This document shows positions 14,866 to 14,986 of a stretch of DNA of 14,986 nt, one piece after another. Position 1 is the first letter of the stretch; each line of letters starts with the position of its first letter. The notes under the pieces were generated by a model, which was given only the letters and a program-made list of their open reading frames with translations, made no database searches and was not told the DNA's origin. The position numbers and the translations under genes were made by a program. The DNA comes from Candidatus Fraserbacteria bacterium. Its GTDB lineage: Bacteria > Bipolaricaulota > Bipolaricaulia > RBG-16-55-9. Where the stretch lies: the NCBI GenBank assembly GCA_037442925.1, contig JBBIPG010000057.1:1-14986 (forward strand), written 5' to 3'.

Positions 14866-14986
14866 TTGAACAGTCCTGAGGCACAATCGAGCCCTTGATC
14901 TTGGCTCAAGGCGCTTGTTTTCCCTACCTGGGGTAGACAAAACCCGCAATTTTGTAGGCACTAACTTTCCTGAGTTTACCCTTGAC

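Noticed and set aside
14866..14986. Group II intron 3' end interrupting the nitrilase gene
   Set aside because: No domain V consensus visible on either strand.

Overview
Bacterial core-genome-like region (about 55% GC by eye) of mostly housekeeping genes. In order: PLP aminotransferase, convergent DEAD-box helicase, tlyA-coaE, alanine racemase, N-acetylmuramoyl-L-alanine amidase, deoxyhypusine synthase-like gene, rpmF, dtd, polyprenyl synthase, Asp23/Gls24 protein, UbiE/MenG methyltransferase, O-methyltransferase, RNase HI-like gene behind a tRNA(CAU, probably Ile2), a split B12-dependent acyl-CoA mutase with isobutyryl-CoA mutase signature residues, and a carbon-nitrogen hydrolase C-terminal fragment. 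The most interesting signals lie outside the ORF track. They are (1) a ~213-nt, end-paired, branched candidate ncRNA at 6601-6813 with a TATAAT 7 nt upstream on the - strand, (2) a 34-aa predicted membrane microprotein directly behind rpmF, (3) a 58-aa Arg-rich microprotein with a perfect SD upstream of alr, (4) a 15-bp perfect inverted repeat with internal ATCCG repeats between the tRNA and mutase promoters, and (5) apparently leaderless or tRNA-processed mRNAs. No integrase, transposase or CRISPR array was seen. All structures were identified by eye; no folding or database searches were run.
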